Made by a program: the position numbers and the translations under genes. A stretch of 61,405 nucleotides of DNA, counting the filler, from Callorhinchus milii (Eukaryota): NCBI RefSeq assembly GCF_018977255.1. It is 2 parts of 2 records of this genome, joined end to end, with 100 filler letters (N's around TTAATTAATTAA, not from the genome) between each part and the next. Parts side by side here need not be neighbours in the genome. Positions count along the whole stretch, not along the records: positions 1 to 30,657 come from NW_024705629.1; 1 more part is not named here. One strand, written 5' to 3'. How positions within the stretch are numbered: position 1 is the first letter of the stretch; every line of letters begins with the position of its first letter. Under the pieces are notes generated by a model. It was given only the letters and a program-made list of their open reading frames with translations, did no database searches and had not been told where the DNA came from. Shown piece by piece: positions 11,827 to 21,660 of this stretch.

Positions 11827-12101
11827 GTGAATTCCTCCATTGACGTTAGTCTCACTACGTGATGGATGAAACAAAAACTGTAAAATTAAAGGTACTACGT
11901 GTTTTTTTGCAAAAAATAGCCACATTTATAAATAACGCGATCTAAACCCAAAAACGTTGATTATGAATAACATTGGTCGCGAAAGCCTACGTGTTAAACC
12001 ACATTTTTGACTTGCAACTTTTTTAATTAGAAGCTCATTCCTCCAATGCCTTTAGTCATACTATGCTATATATGAAATGAAATTTGGTGATTATACAAAT
12101 A

Positions 12102-12788
12102 CAGTGATACCTCGGTTCACGAACTTAATTCGTGAACTGACTCTGGTCGCGAACCGAATTGGTCGTGAACCGAGGCACATTTTCCCATAGGGTTCAATGT
12201 AAATCCGGTTAATCCGTTCTGACCTTTTTTTTGGTTTTTGAAGCACATAAATATGAAACAAATTACAATACACATTAGTACTGTACAGTATAGTAATGTA
12301 TAAAGAGAGAACACTAACCTTGCTTGAGATGACTTCTGGCATGGAGGAAGGCAGGTGGGAGGCGGTTGGGAGGCGGTTATTGTTTGGAGGGAGAGTCCCC
12401 CTCCATAAGGACATCAGGGGGATCTCCTTCAGGGGTTTCCTCTCTCCTTTGTCTCCTAGCTGCAGGCTCAGTTTTTGCTGAAAAATCTGTCCAATGTCAA
12501 TGTCTCTTCCTGCGCTGCATAACCCTCCAGGAAATGAGAGACCACATTATCATTCATGAGATTTAACACTCTGTTCGTGACAGTTATGTTGGGGTGGTGC
12601 TTTTCAAAAAAGTCATGGCACTCATTCCATTTTTGCATAATGGATTTCATGGCATCACTGCTAACCTCCTCCCTTTCTTCCTCTGTTGACTTTGCCATCT
12701 TGTACTCTGAGGCCAGATCAGTCACACGAATACCACTGTCATGCTTTTCTACAATTTCCTTCTTCAGCTCAATGGTTATTTTCTTCAC
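12102..12788 (-). mobile_element. Internally deleted TcMar-Tigger/pogo DNA transposon, truncated at the Penelope array
   Basis: TA|CAGTGATACCTCGGTTCACGAAC terminus; ORF 12468..12788 joins a CENP-B/psq-type HTH (ITIELKKEIVEKHDSGIRVTDLASEY) directly to a Tigger-type C-terminus (FFEKHHP...TLDRFF) with no DDD domain. Confidence 0.75.
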
Positions 12789-12808
12789 AACGGGGAGACA
12801 TAATAATT

Positions 12809-12853
12809 CTCACGACGTTTGGGCCACAACGCAAGCAGCCGTCCTCAGGTGAA
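12809..12853 (-). ncRNA. Hammerhead ribozyme copy, probably inactive
   Basis: Same motif as 13046-13090 but the core GAAA reads CAAA. Confidence 0.7.
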
Positions 12854-12911
12854 GACCAGGTCTGTCTCCCCTCAGGTGAAGACTAGGTCTGTCTCCCCGA
12901 CAGACCTAGTC

Positions 12912-12956
12912 TTCACCTGAGGACGGCTGCTTGCGTTGTGGCCGAAACATCGTGAG
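12912..12956 (+). ncRNA. Type I hammerhead ribozyme variant with an AUC cleavage triplet
   Basis: TTCAC CTGAGGA CGGCTGCTTGCGTTGTGGCC GAAAC ATC GTGAG. Confidence 0.75.
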
Positions 12957-13045
12957 AATTATTTTATTATCTTCTTGGTTCTTTCGGTAAAGTCACGTAG
13001 AAGGGAAGTAATAAAATAATAAAAATAAAACATAATAAAACAATT

Positions 13046-13090
13046 CTCACGACGTTTCGGCCACAACGCAAGCAGCCGTCCTCAGGTGAA
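13046..13090 (-). ncRNA. Type I hammerhead ribozyme in the 3'-most pLTR
   Basis: Minus strand: stem I UUCAC/GUGAG, core CUGAGGA, stem II GGCUGC/GUGGCC, GAAAC-GUC with minimal palindromic stem III; predicted cut between 13051 and 13050. Confidence 0.88.
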
Positions 13091-13145
13091 AACCAGGTCC
13101 GTCGAGGCGACAGAGTCTGAATGAAACAGCACACGAGCTTGGAGC

Positions 13146-13260
13146 ATATATATAAGCTGGGCGCATTGACAAAGGAATTTGCATATCAAAAGGAATTTAG
13201 CATATTTATGGGAAATGCAGGAATGTGATTAGTACTGCATATGCATGTGCATTATGCAGG
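13146..13260 (-). promoter_or_regulatory. Putative pLTR Pol II promoter (TATA box plus octamer-like sites), repeated in each full pLTR
   Basis: TTATATATAT on the minus strand at ~13146-13155, ~55-65 nt upstream of the hammerhead; ATTTGCAT at 13177-13184; TGCATATGCA at ~13236. Confidence 0.5.
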
Positions 13261-13279
13261 ATTAACAGCATCAAAGGGA

Positions 13280-13407
13280 GCTGCAGTTACTGCTGCTGCT
13301 GCAGTTGCTGCTGCTGCAGTTTCTGCTGCTGCAGTTGCTGCTGCTGCAGTTGCTGCTGCTGCTGTTACTGCTGCTGCTGCACTTGCTGCTGCTGCTGCAG
13401 TTGCTGC
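13280..13407. repeat. Interrupted CTG/CAG trinucleotide tract in the pLTR (also ~16251-16378, ~21468-21595, inverted ~29631-29758)
   Basis: The same interrupted pattern is present in all four full pLTRs. Confidence 0.9.
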
Positions 13408-13574
13408 CTTATCCATTTTAATATAACACTATGTATTATTCTACCCACCCTAATGTGTATCACACTGCTATATGTTTACTATACAATTACGACACCATAC
13501 ATTACTCTGCACACTGCACCATGCCAGTGAGTGGAACGCGGTCTGAAAGTCACCGTAAACGTGAACACAATCAG

Positions 13575-15941
13575 TTAAGATCCGAAATGGTTTATTACGT
13601 CCTTCCAATGATTGCTAAGCCAGAATCCATCTTCTCGGTTGAAATTGTCTCTGTGTTTGTATATGTGGATCGCCTCATGAACGAATCTCTCATGATAGCC
13701 AGATGGCTTGCAGAGAACCTCTGTCTTGGAGAAGTCAATATCATGTGAGCCCACTGAGTTGTAACAGTGATCTGCCACGGCTGAGGTGTTTGTCCTACCG
13801 TGTTTCAGGTCTGCCTTATGTTCACGGATGCGGTCCGAGACATGTCGTTTGGTTTCTCCAATGTAACTGCTACCACAGAGGCAACTTAGTTTGTAGACGC
13901 CAGGGTACTGTATGTCTGGAACCACATCTTTTACAGACGGGACCAGATCACGGATTTTATGTACTGTGTTGAATCGGACCTGGATCTTGTGTTTAATCAG
14001 GATTTTGGAGATCTTTTTTGTGACCCCAGCAATGTAGGGTAAGGTGATGGTCTTGAAAGGCTCCTCAACAGGATCCTTCTTGATGGTTGGAGTGATGGCT
14101 TTGCGGATTGTGTAGTCGGAGTAACCATTAGCCTTAAGAGCTTGGCGTACGTGTTTGAGTTCACTGGAAATGTGTTCATGGTCGGAGATGCATTGGGCTC
14201 TATGATATAGAGTCTTGATGAGGGAATTCTTCTGGGATGGATGGTGGTGGGAATCCGGTTTTAGATAAGCATCCGTGTGGGTGGCTTTCCTGTAGACAGA
14301 GTGGCTCATTGAACCATCAGGTCTCCTTTTGATTAGGACATCCAAAAAGGGTAGCTTGCCATCATTTTCGACTTCCATGGTGAATCTGATGGCTGGGTGT
14401 ATGGAATTGATGTGGTCGAGAAATTGGTCTAGAGCAGGCCGGCCATGTGGCCAGATGACAAAAGTGTCGTCTACGTACCTCTTCCATAAGGTCGGGCGTA
14501 GAGTGGCAGTCTGGATGGCGTCCGTCTCAAATTTCTCCATGAAGATGTTGGCTACAACCGGAGATAGGGGGGAGCCCATTGGGGTGCCCTCAATTTGCTT
14601 GTAGAAGGTTCCATTCCAGGTGAAGTATGTATTGGTTAAGCAGTGTCTCACCAGGGGGGGTACCCCAGCATTCAGTCCTTGATGAACCAAGTCTTCAATG
14701 ATTGCGATGGTGTCAGGCACAGGCACCTTGGTGAACAAGGAAACCACATCAAAACTGACAAGCAGGTCGTCTGGGGACAGGGCAATCCCCTTGATTGTCG
14801 ATACCAGGTCAGTAGAGTTTAGTACTGCAGAGGTGGTTTTTCCAGTGAAAGGCCGTAGGATTTCGGACAAAAAACGAGCCAGTTTGTAAGTGGGGGAGTT
14901 GATAGTAGAAACAATGGGACGAAGAGGTGTATCTTCTTTATGTATCTTTGGCAAGCCGTACAATCTTGGTGGCCTGGCTGCAGAAGGTTTCAACGAGAAC
15001 TGTTTGGTCTGATCAATTAATGCGGTTGAAGCAGAAATGATGTTGTTGGTTTTGGAGACGAGGCTGTTGGTGGGGTCTCTTTTTATTTTTGTATAGCTGC
15101 CATCGTTGAGTAGTTCTTGAATTTTGTTGTTGTATTCTATTTTGTCCATGATGACAGTGGCATTGCCTTTGTCGGCTGAGAGGATGACAATGTCATCCCT
15201 CTTTTTTAATTGAGCTAATTCAAAACGCTCATCTTTGCTGATGTTGCTAGCTGGCATCTTAGCGTTTTTGAGGGTTACAGAGATTTCAGATCTTGCTACG
15301 TCTGCAGCGATGTGACTCAAGCCCTTGAGAGCTACATCTACTCGAGCAATTATATCATTAACTGGTATGTGTCTAGGTGTGACTGCAAAGTTTAGTCCTT
15401 TAGCTAAAACGGATTTCAAACCTTCAGAAATAGGACTGTTACTGCGATTAATTACGACTTTGTTAACATCTAGCTTTTCAATGTGTGGGTCCGGTTTCTT
15501 GTTTGAGAGGCGGTTGAATTTGGAAATCAAGTTGTCCTTACATTTAGTCGACATAGCGGCAGCTGAAGAGGCAGTCATTTTTTCCACATGTTCCCAATCC
15601 GATGTGGACATTGTTACACTCAAAGATAAGTGTGATTTGTAGAGTGTCTTGTCTAACTGATCTAGTTCGGTGCGCGTAAGTCTGATTTTCTCTGAGATAA
15701 GAGCTAAGCTAGTTCTAGACAGAATTCGTTTCGCATTAGAAGAAGTTACAGCAGCAGATGTTAGTGTAAATGCGTTTGGTATTACCTTAGAGTCGCGGCA
15801 TCTCTTCAGAAAGGTGAGAGACTCGATTAGCTGAGCCTTCTTATCCCGGAGCTTGTTGAAGGATCTCAAAGTTATGTGGAAACCCTCCCCGTAGAGGCGG
15901 TTAAATTTCGATTTAAAGCTTTCGTGACTGCAGGGATTCAT
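13575..15941 (-). CDS. Penelope-like reverse transcriptase + GIY-YIG endonuclease, copy 1 (788 aa from MNPCS)
   Basis: RT motifs ADKGN, SFDVVSLFT, GTPMGSPLSP, RYVDDTF, LPFLDV; GIY-YIG motifs GVYKLSCLCGSSYIGETKR, RIREH, SAVADH, EAIHI, FNR. Start set at ATG 15941 (inferred) rather than the GTG inside the ribozyme. Confidence 0.95.
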   Translation of the reverse strand: MNPCSHESFKSKFNRLYGEGFHITLRSFNKLRDKKAQLIESLTFLKRCRDSKVIPNAFTLTSAAVTSSNAKRILSRTSLALISEKIRLTRTELDQLDKTLYKSHLSLSVTMSTSDWEHVEKMTASSAAAMSTKCKDNLISKFNRLSNKKPDPHIEKLDVNKVVINRSNSPISEGLKSVLAKGLNFAVTPRHIPVNDIIARVDVALKGLSHIAADVARSEISVTLKNAKMPASNISKDERFELAQLKKRDDIVILSADKGNATVIMDKIEYNNKIQELLNDGSYTKIKRDPTNSLVSKTNNIISASTALIDQTKQFSLKPSAARPPRLYGLPKIHKEDTPLRPIVSTINSPTYKLARFLSEILRPFTGKTTSAVLNSTDLVSTIKGIALSPDDLLVSFDVVSLFTKVPVPDTIAIIEDLVHQGLNAGVPPLVRHCLTNTYFTWNGTFYKQIEGTPMGSPLSPVVANIFMEKFETDAIQTATLRPTLWKRYVDDTFVIWPHGRPALDQFLDHINSIHPAIRFTMEVENDGKLPFLDVLIKRRPDGSMSHSVYRKATHTDAYLKPDSHHHPSQKNSLIKTLYHRAQCISDHEHISSELKHVRQALKANGYSDYTIRKAITPTIKKDPVEEPFKTITLPYIAGVTKKISKILIKHKIQVRFNTVHKIRDLVPSVKDVVPDIQYPGVYKLSCLCGSSYIGETKRHVSDRIREHKADLKHGRTNTSAVADHCYNSVGSHDIDFSKTEVLCKPSGYHERFVHEAIHIYKHRDNFNREDGFWLSNHWKDVINHFGS

Positions 15942-16016
15942 CTTCTTGGTTCTTTCGGTAAAGTCACGTAGAAGGGAAGTAATAAAATAATAAAAATAAA
16001 ACATAATAAAACAATT

Positions 16017-16061
16017 CTCACGACGTTTCGGCCACAACGCAAGCAGCCGTCCTCAGGTGAA
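16017..16061 (-). ncRNA. Type I hammerhead ribozyme upstream of ORF copy 1
   Basis: Identical to 13046-13090; predicted cut between 16022 and 16021. Confidence 0.88.
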
Positions 16062-16443
16062 AACCAGGTCCGTCGAGGCGACAGAGTCTGAATGAAACAG
16101 CACACGAGCTTGGAGCATATATATAAGCTGGGCGCATTGACAAAGGAATTTGCATATCAAAAGGAATTTAGCATATTTATGGGAAATGCAGGAATGTGAT
16201 TAGTACTGCATATGCATGTGCATTATGCAGGATTAACAGCATCAAAGGGAGCTGCAGTTACTGCTGCTGCTGCAGTTGCTGCTGCTGCAGTTTCTGCTGC
16301 TGCAGTTGCTGCTGCTGCAGTTGCTGCTGCTGCTGTTACTGCTGCTGCTGCACTTGCTGCTGCTGCTGCAGTTGCTGCCTTATCCATTTTAATATAACAC
16401 TATGTATTATTCTACCCACCCTAATGTGTATCACACTGCTATA

Positions 16444-18689
16444 TCTATATATATAAAATCGTGCATGTCTGTCTGTCTGTCTGTGTATGTGTGTGTGGAT
16501 TTCGGACCATACGCACTTTCATTGGACGGCGGTTGCCCCTGGCAACGAGTAGCAACTTTTCGCCGCGGGGTGGACGCCATTTTTAATAGCGCGGGGGGGG
16601 GGGGGGACCGGCACCCGTACCCAGCGTTCGCCGGGTGGGAAAATCAGGCAAGGCGGGAGGCTCTGCACGGTGCTAGGCCTCGACACCCAACACGCCACTC
16701 TGAGGTAAATTCATACAAATTTCACGTCCTCTACAGAGTGGCGAGGGAGGCAGAGTGGCGAGGGAGGGACTCAGCCTCAAAACGAGTAACTGGTGTGGCG
16801 TATTAACATCGCCACTGGGGAGACAAAGGCGGCCGGGCGTGGTGGATACAAGTCCCGGGCAAAGCCAGGTCATGACTATGTGTGTATGTGTTTATGTGTA
16901 TGTCTGTGTGTCTGTATGTATGTGTGTATGTATGTGTCTGTATGTGTTTGTGTGTATGTATGTGTGTGTCTGTATGTATGTGTGTGTGTATTGTGTATGT
17001 GTTTGTGTGTATGTATGTGTGTGTTTGTATGTATGTGTATGTCTGTGTGTATGTGTGTGTATTGTGTGTGTGTCTGTGTGTGTGCGCGTGTGTTGTGTAG
17101 GGGGAACGGTAGTGTAGTGCTTAGCGTGCTGCCTGTGTGTGTGTCTGTGTGTGTGTGTCTGTGTGTGTGGTGTGTGGGGAGCGGTAGTGTAGTGGTTAGC
17201 GTGCTGTCTGTGTCTGTGTGTGTGTGTCTGTGTGTGTGTCTGTGTGTATGCGTGTGTGGTGTGTGGGGAGCGGTAGTGTAGTGGTTAGCGTGCTGTCTGT
17301 GTCTGTGTGTGTGTGTCTGTGTGTGTGTCTGTGTGTATGCGTGTGTGGTGTGTGGGGAGCGGTAGTGTAGTGGTTAGCGTGCTGTCTGTGTGTCTGTGTG
17401 TGTGGGTCTGTCTGTGTGTCTGTGTGTGTGTGTCTGTGTGTGTGTAGTGTGTGTGTGTCTGTGTGTGTGCGCGTGTGTTGTGTAGGGGGAACGGTAGTGT
17501 AGTGCTTAGCGTGCTGCCTGTGTGTGTGTCTGTGTGTGTCTGTGTGTGTGCGTGTGTGGTGTGGGGAGCGGTAGTGTAGTGGTTAGCGTGCTGTCTGTGT
17601 GTCTGTGTGTGTGTCTGTCTGTGTGTCTGTGTGTGTGTGTTTGTGTGTGTGCGCGTGTGTTGTGTGGGGGGAACGGTAGTGTAGTGCTTAGCGTGCTGTG
17701 TGTGTGTGTCTGTGTGTGTGTCTGTGTGTGTGTGTCTGTGTGTGTGTCTGGTGTGTGGGGGGGTGTGTGTGTGTGTGCGTGTGTGTGTGTGTGCGTGTGG
17801 GGGGGGGGGGGTAGTGTAGTGCTTAGCGTGCTGCTGTGTGTGTGTGTCTGTGTGTGTGCGTGTGTGGTGTGGGGAGCGGTAGTGTAGTGGTTAGCGTGCT
17901 GTCTGTGTGTCTGTGTGTGTGTGTCTGTGTGTCTGTGTGTGTGTGTCTGTGTGTGTGTCTGTGTGTGTGCGCGTGTGTTGTGTAGGGGAACGGTAGTGTA
18001 GTGCTTAGCGTGCTGCCTGTGTGTGTGTCTGTGTGTGTGTGTGTCTGTGTGTGTGTGTCTCTGTGTGTGTGTGTGGTGTGTGGGGAGCGGTAGTGTAGTG
18101 GTTAGCGTGCTGTCTGTGTCTGTGTGTGTGTCTGTGTGTGTGTCTGTGTGTGTGCGTGTGTGGTGTGTGGGGAGCGGTAGTGTAGTGGTTAGCGTGCTGT
18201 CTGTGTGTCTGTGTGTGTGTGTCTGTGTGTGTGTCTGTGTGTGTGCGTGTGTGGTGTGTAGGGGGAACGGTAGTGTAGTGCTTAGCGTGCTGCCTGTGTG
18301 TGTGTCTGTGTGTGTGTGTCTGTGTGTGTGTGTCTGTGTGTGTGTCTGTGTGTGTGCGTGTGTGGTGTGTGGGGAGCGGTAGTGTAGTGGTTAGCGTGCT
18401 GTCTGTGTGTCTGTGTGTCTGTCTGTGTCTGTCTGTGTGTGTGTCTGTGCGTCTGTGTGTGTGAGGAGCGGTGGGTGTAGTGGTTAACGCTACGCTGCGC
18501 TACCAACCCGGCGAACCCAGTTCGATTCCCGCTCATGGCCACCACCGGTCAAGATTATTTGAACCTCCCCTAGGTCGACTCAGCCTCAAACGAGTAACTG
18601 GTGTGGCGTATTAACATCGCCAATGGGGAGACAAAGGCGGCCGGCCGTGGTGGATACAAGTCCCGGGCGAAGCCGGGTAGTACAGCTAG
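16444..18689 (+). mobile_element. Non-autonomous Helitron copy A (2246 bp), nested antisense in the pLTR
   Basis: 5' TCTATATATATAAAA; 3' hairpin CCCGGGCGAAGCCGGG then TAGTACAGCTAG; inserted between A and T with no TSD; the empty site CTGCTATA|TGTTTAC is at 13472/13473. Confidence 0.9.
18465..18660 (+). mobile_element. tRNA-derived SINE fragment captured in the Helitron (also in copies B and C)
   Basis: A-box-like GGTGTAGTGG, B box GTTCGATTCC at 18520-18529, then GTCGACTCAGCCT...AAAGGCGGCCGG; related to the free SINE at 60964-61225. Confidence 0.7.
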
Positions 18690-18791
18690 TGTTTACTATA
18701 CAATTACGACACCATACATTACTCTGCACACTGCACCATGCCAGTGAGTGGAACGCGGTCTGAAAGTCACCGTAAACGTGAACACAATCAG

Positions 18792-21158
18792 TTAAGATCC
18801 GAAATGGTTTATTACGTCCTTCCAATGATTGCTAAGCCAGAATCCATCTTCTCGGTTGAAATTGTCTCTGTGTTTGTATATGTGGATCGCCTCATGAACG
18901 AATCTCTCATGATAGCCAGATGGCTTGCAGAGAACCTCTGTCTTGGAGAAGTCAATATCATGTGAGCCCACTGAGTTGTAACAGTGATCTGCCACGGCTG
19001 AGGTGTTTGTCCTACCGTGTTTCAGGTCTGCCTTATGTTCACGGATGCGGTCCGAGACATGTCGTTTGGTTTCTCCAATGTAACTGCTACCACAGAGGCA
19101 ACTTAGTTTGTAGACGCCAGGGTACTGTATGTCTGGAACCACATCTTTTACAGACGGGACCAGATCACGGATTTTATGTACTGTGTTGAATCGGACCTGG
19201 ATCTTGTGTTTAATCAGGATTTTGGAGATCTTTTTTGTGACCCCAGCAATGTAGGGTAAGGTGATGGTCTTGAAAGGCTCCTCAACAGGATCCTTCTTGA
19301 TGGTTGGAGTGATGGCTTTGCGGATTGTGTAGTCGGAGTAACCATTAGCCTTAAGAGCTTGGCGTACGTGTTTGAGTTCACTGGAAATGTGTTCATGGTC
19401 GGAGATGCATTGGGCTCTATGATATAGAGTCTTGATGAGGGAATTCTTCTGGGATGGATGGTGGTGGGAATCCGGTTTTAGATAAGCATCCGTGTGGGTG
19501 GCTTTCCTGTAGACAGAGTGGCTCATTGAACCATCAGGTCTCCTTTTGATTAGGACATCCAAAAAGGGTAGCTTGCCATCATTTTCGACTTCCATGGTGA
19601 ATCTGATGGCTGGGTGTATGGAATTGATGTGGTCGAGAAATTGGTCTAGAGCAGGCCGGCCATGTGGCCAGATGACAAAAGTGTCGTCTACGTACCTCTT
19701 CCATAAGGTCGGGCGTAGAGTGGCAGTCTGGATGGCGTCCGTCTCAAATTTCTCCATGAAGATGTTGGCTACAACCGGAGATAGGGGGGAGCCCATTGGG
19801 GTGCCCTCAATTTGCTTGTAGAAGGTTCCATTCCAGGTGAAGTATGTATTGGTTAAGCAGTGTCTCACCAGGGGGGGTACCCCAGCATTCAGTCCTTGAT
19901 GAACCAAGTCTTCAATGATTGCGATGGTGTCAGGCACAGGCACCTTGGTGAACAAGGAAACCACATCAAAACTGACAAGCAGGTCGTCTGGGGACAGGGC
20001 AATCCCCTTGATTGTCGATACCAGGTCAGTAGAGTTTAGTACTGCAGAGGTGGTTTTTCCAGTGAAAGGCCGTAGGATTTCGGACAAAAAACGAGCCAGT
20101 TTGTAAGTGGGGGAGTTGATAGTAGAAACAATGGGACGAAGAGGTGTATCTTCTTTATGTATCTTTGGCAAGCCGTACAATCTTGGTGGCCTGGCTGCAG
20201 AAGGTTTCAACGAGAACTGTTTGGTCTGATCAATTAATGCGGTTGAAGCAGAAATGATGTTGTTGGTTTTGGAGACGAGGCTGTTGGTGGGGTCTCTTTT
20301 TATTTTTGTATAGCTGCCATCGTTGAGTAGTTCTTGAATTTTGTTGTTGTATTCTATTTTGTCCATGATGACAGTGGCATTGCCTTTGTCGGCTGAGAGG
20401 ATGACAATGTCATCCCTCTTTTTTAATTGAGCTAATTCAAAACGCTCATCTTTGCTGATGTTGCTAGCTGGCATCTTAGCGTTTTTGAGGGTTACAGAGA
20501 TTTCAGATCTTGCTACGTCTGCAGCGATGTGACTCAAGCCCTTGAGAGCTACATCTACTCGAGCAATTATATCATTAACTGGTATGTGTCTAGGTGTGAC
20601 TGCAAAGTTTAGTCCTTTAGCTAAAACGGATTTCAAACCTTCAGAAATAGGACTGTTACTGCGATTAATTACGACTTTGTTAACATCTAGCTTTTCAATG
20701 TGTGGGTCCGGTTTCTTGTTTGAGAGGCGGTTGAATTTGGAAATCAAGTTGTCCTTACATTTAGTCGACATAGCGGCAGCTGAAGAGGCAGTCATTTTTT
20801 CCACATGTTCCCAATCCGATGTGGACATTGTTACACTCAAAGATAAGTGTGATTTGTAGAGTGTCTTGTCTAACTGATCTAGTTCGGTGCGCGTAAGTCT
20901 GATTTTCTCTGAGATAAGAGCTAAGCTGGTTCTAGACAGAATTCGTTTCGCATTAGAAGAAGTTACAGCAGCAGATGTTAGTGTAAATGCGTTTGGTATT
21001 ACCTTAGAGTCGCGGCATCTCTTCAGAAAGGTGAGAGACTCGATTAGCTGAGCCTTCTTATCCCGGAGCTTGTTGAAGGATCTCAAAGTTATGTGGAAAC
21101 CCTCCCCGTAGAGGCGGTTAAATTTCGATTTAAAGCTTTCGTGACTGCAGGGATTCAT
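18792..21158 (-). CDS. Penelope-like RT + GIY-YIG ORF, copy 2
   Basis: Protein identical to copy 1 in the ORF track; one synonymous difference noticed (15711 A versus 20928 G). Confidence 0.95.
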   Translation of the reverse strand: MNPCSHESFKSKFNRLYGEGFHITLRSFNKLRDKKAQLIESLTFLKRCRDSKVIPNAFTLTSAAVTSSNAKRILSRTSLALISEKIRLTRTELDQLDKTLYKSHLSLSVTMSTSDWEHVEKMTASSAAAMSTKCKDNLISKFNRLSNKKPDPHIEKLDVNKVVINRSNSPISEGLKSVLAKGLNFAVTPRHIPVNDIIARVDVALKGLSHIAADVARSEISVTLKNAKMPASNISKDERFELAQLKKRDDIVILSADKGNATVIMDKIEYNNKIQELLNDGSYTKIKRDPTNSLVSKTNNIISASTALIDQTKQFSLKPSAARPPRLYGLPKIHKEDTPLRPIVSTINSPTYKLARFLSEILRPFTGKTTSAVLNSTDLVSTIKGIALSPDDLLVSFDVVSLFTKVPVPDTIAIIEDLVHQGLNAGVPPLVRHCLTNTYFTWNGTFYKQIEGTPMGSPLSPVVANIFMEKFETDAIQTATLRPTLWKRYVDDTFVIWPHGRPALDQFLDHINSIHPAIRFTMEVENDGKLPFLDVLIKRRPDGSMSHSVYRKATHTDAYLKPDSHHHPSQKNSLIKTLYHRAQCISDHEHISSELKHVRQALKANGYSDYTIRKAITPTIKKDPVEEPFKTITLPYIAGVTKKISKILIKHKIQVRFNTVHKIRDLVPSVKDVVPDIQYPGVYKLSCLCGSSYIGETKRHVSDRIREHKADLKHGRTNTSAVADHCYNSVGSHDIDFSKTEVLCKPSGYHERFVHEAIHIYKHRDNFNREDGFWLSNHWKDVINHFGS

Positions 21159-21233
21159 CTTCTTGGTTCTTTCGGTAAAGTCACGTAGAAGGGAAGTAAT
21201 AAAATAATAAAAATAAAACATAATAAAACAATT

Positions 21234-21278
21234 CTCACGACGTTTCGGCCACAACGCAAGCAGCCGTCCTCAGGTGAA
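21234..21278 (-). ncRNA. Type I hammerhead ribozyme upstream of ORF copy 2
   Basis: Identical motif; predicted cut between 21239 and 21238. Confidence 0.88.
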
Positions 21279-21660
21279 AACCAGGTCCGTCGAGGCGACA
21301 GAGTCTGAATGAAACAGCACACGAGCTTGGAGCATATATATAAGCTGGGCGCATTGACAAAGGAATTTGCATATCAAAAGGAATTTAGCATATTTATGGG
21401 AAATGCAGGAATGTGATTAGTACTGCATATGCATGTGCATTATGCAGGATTAACAGCATCAAAGGGAGCTGCAGTTACTGCTGCTGCTGCAGTTGCTGCT
21501 GCTGCAGTTTCTGCTGCTGCAGTTGCTGCTGCTGCAGTTGCTGCTGCTGCTGTTACTGCTGCTGCTGCACTTGCTGCTGCTGCTGCAGTTGCTGCCTTAT
21601 CCATTTTAATATAACACTATGTATTATTCTACCCACCCTAATGTGTATCACACTGCTATA

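Noticed and set aside
13225..13530. Poly-Cys and poly-Ala ORFs (also at 16196, 21413 and 29553)
   Set aside because: They are translations of the pLTR CTG tract with no other coding signal.
15942..16037. N-terminal extension of the Penelope ORF from the ORF-track start
   Set aside because: It begins at a non-ATG codon inside the hammerhead, upstream of the cleavage site, and crosses a low-complexity AT tract. An in-frame ATG at 16004 cannot be fully excluded.
17100..18460. CRISPR-like pattern of constant ~30-bp repeats with variable spacers
   Set aside because: The spacers are (GT)n microsatellite, the repeats are tRNA/SINE A-box fragments, there are no cas genes, and the DNA is eukaryotic.
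18465..18545. Possible tRNA gene
   Set aside because: It has A and B boxes, but I could not fold a convincing cloverleaf and it continues into SINE body sequence.
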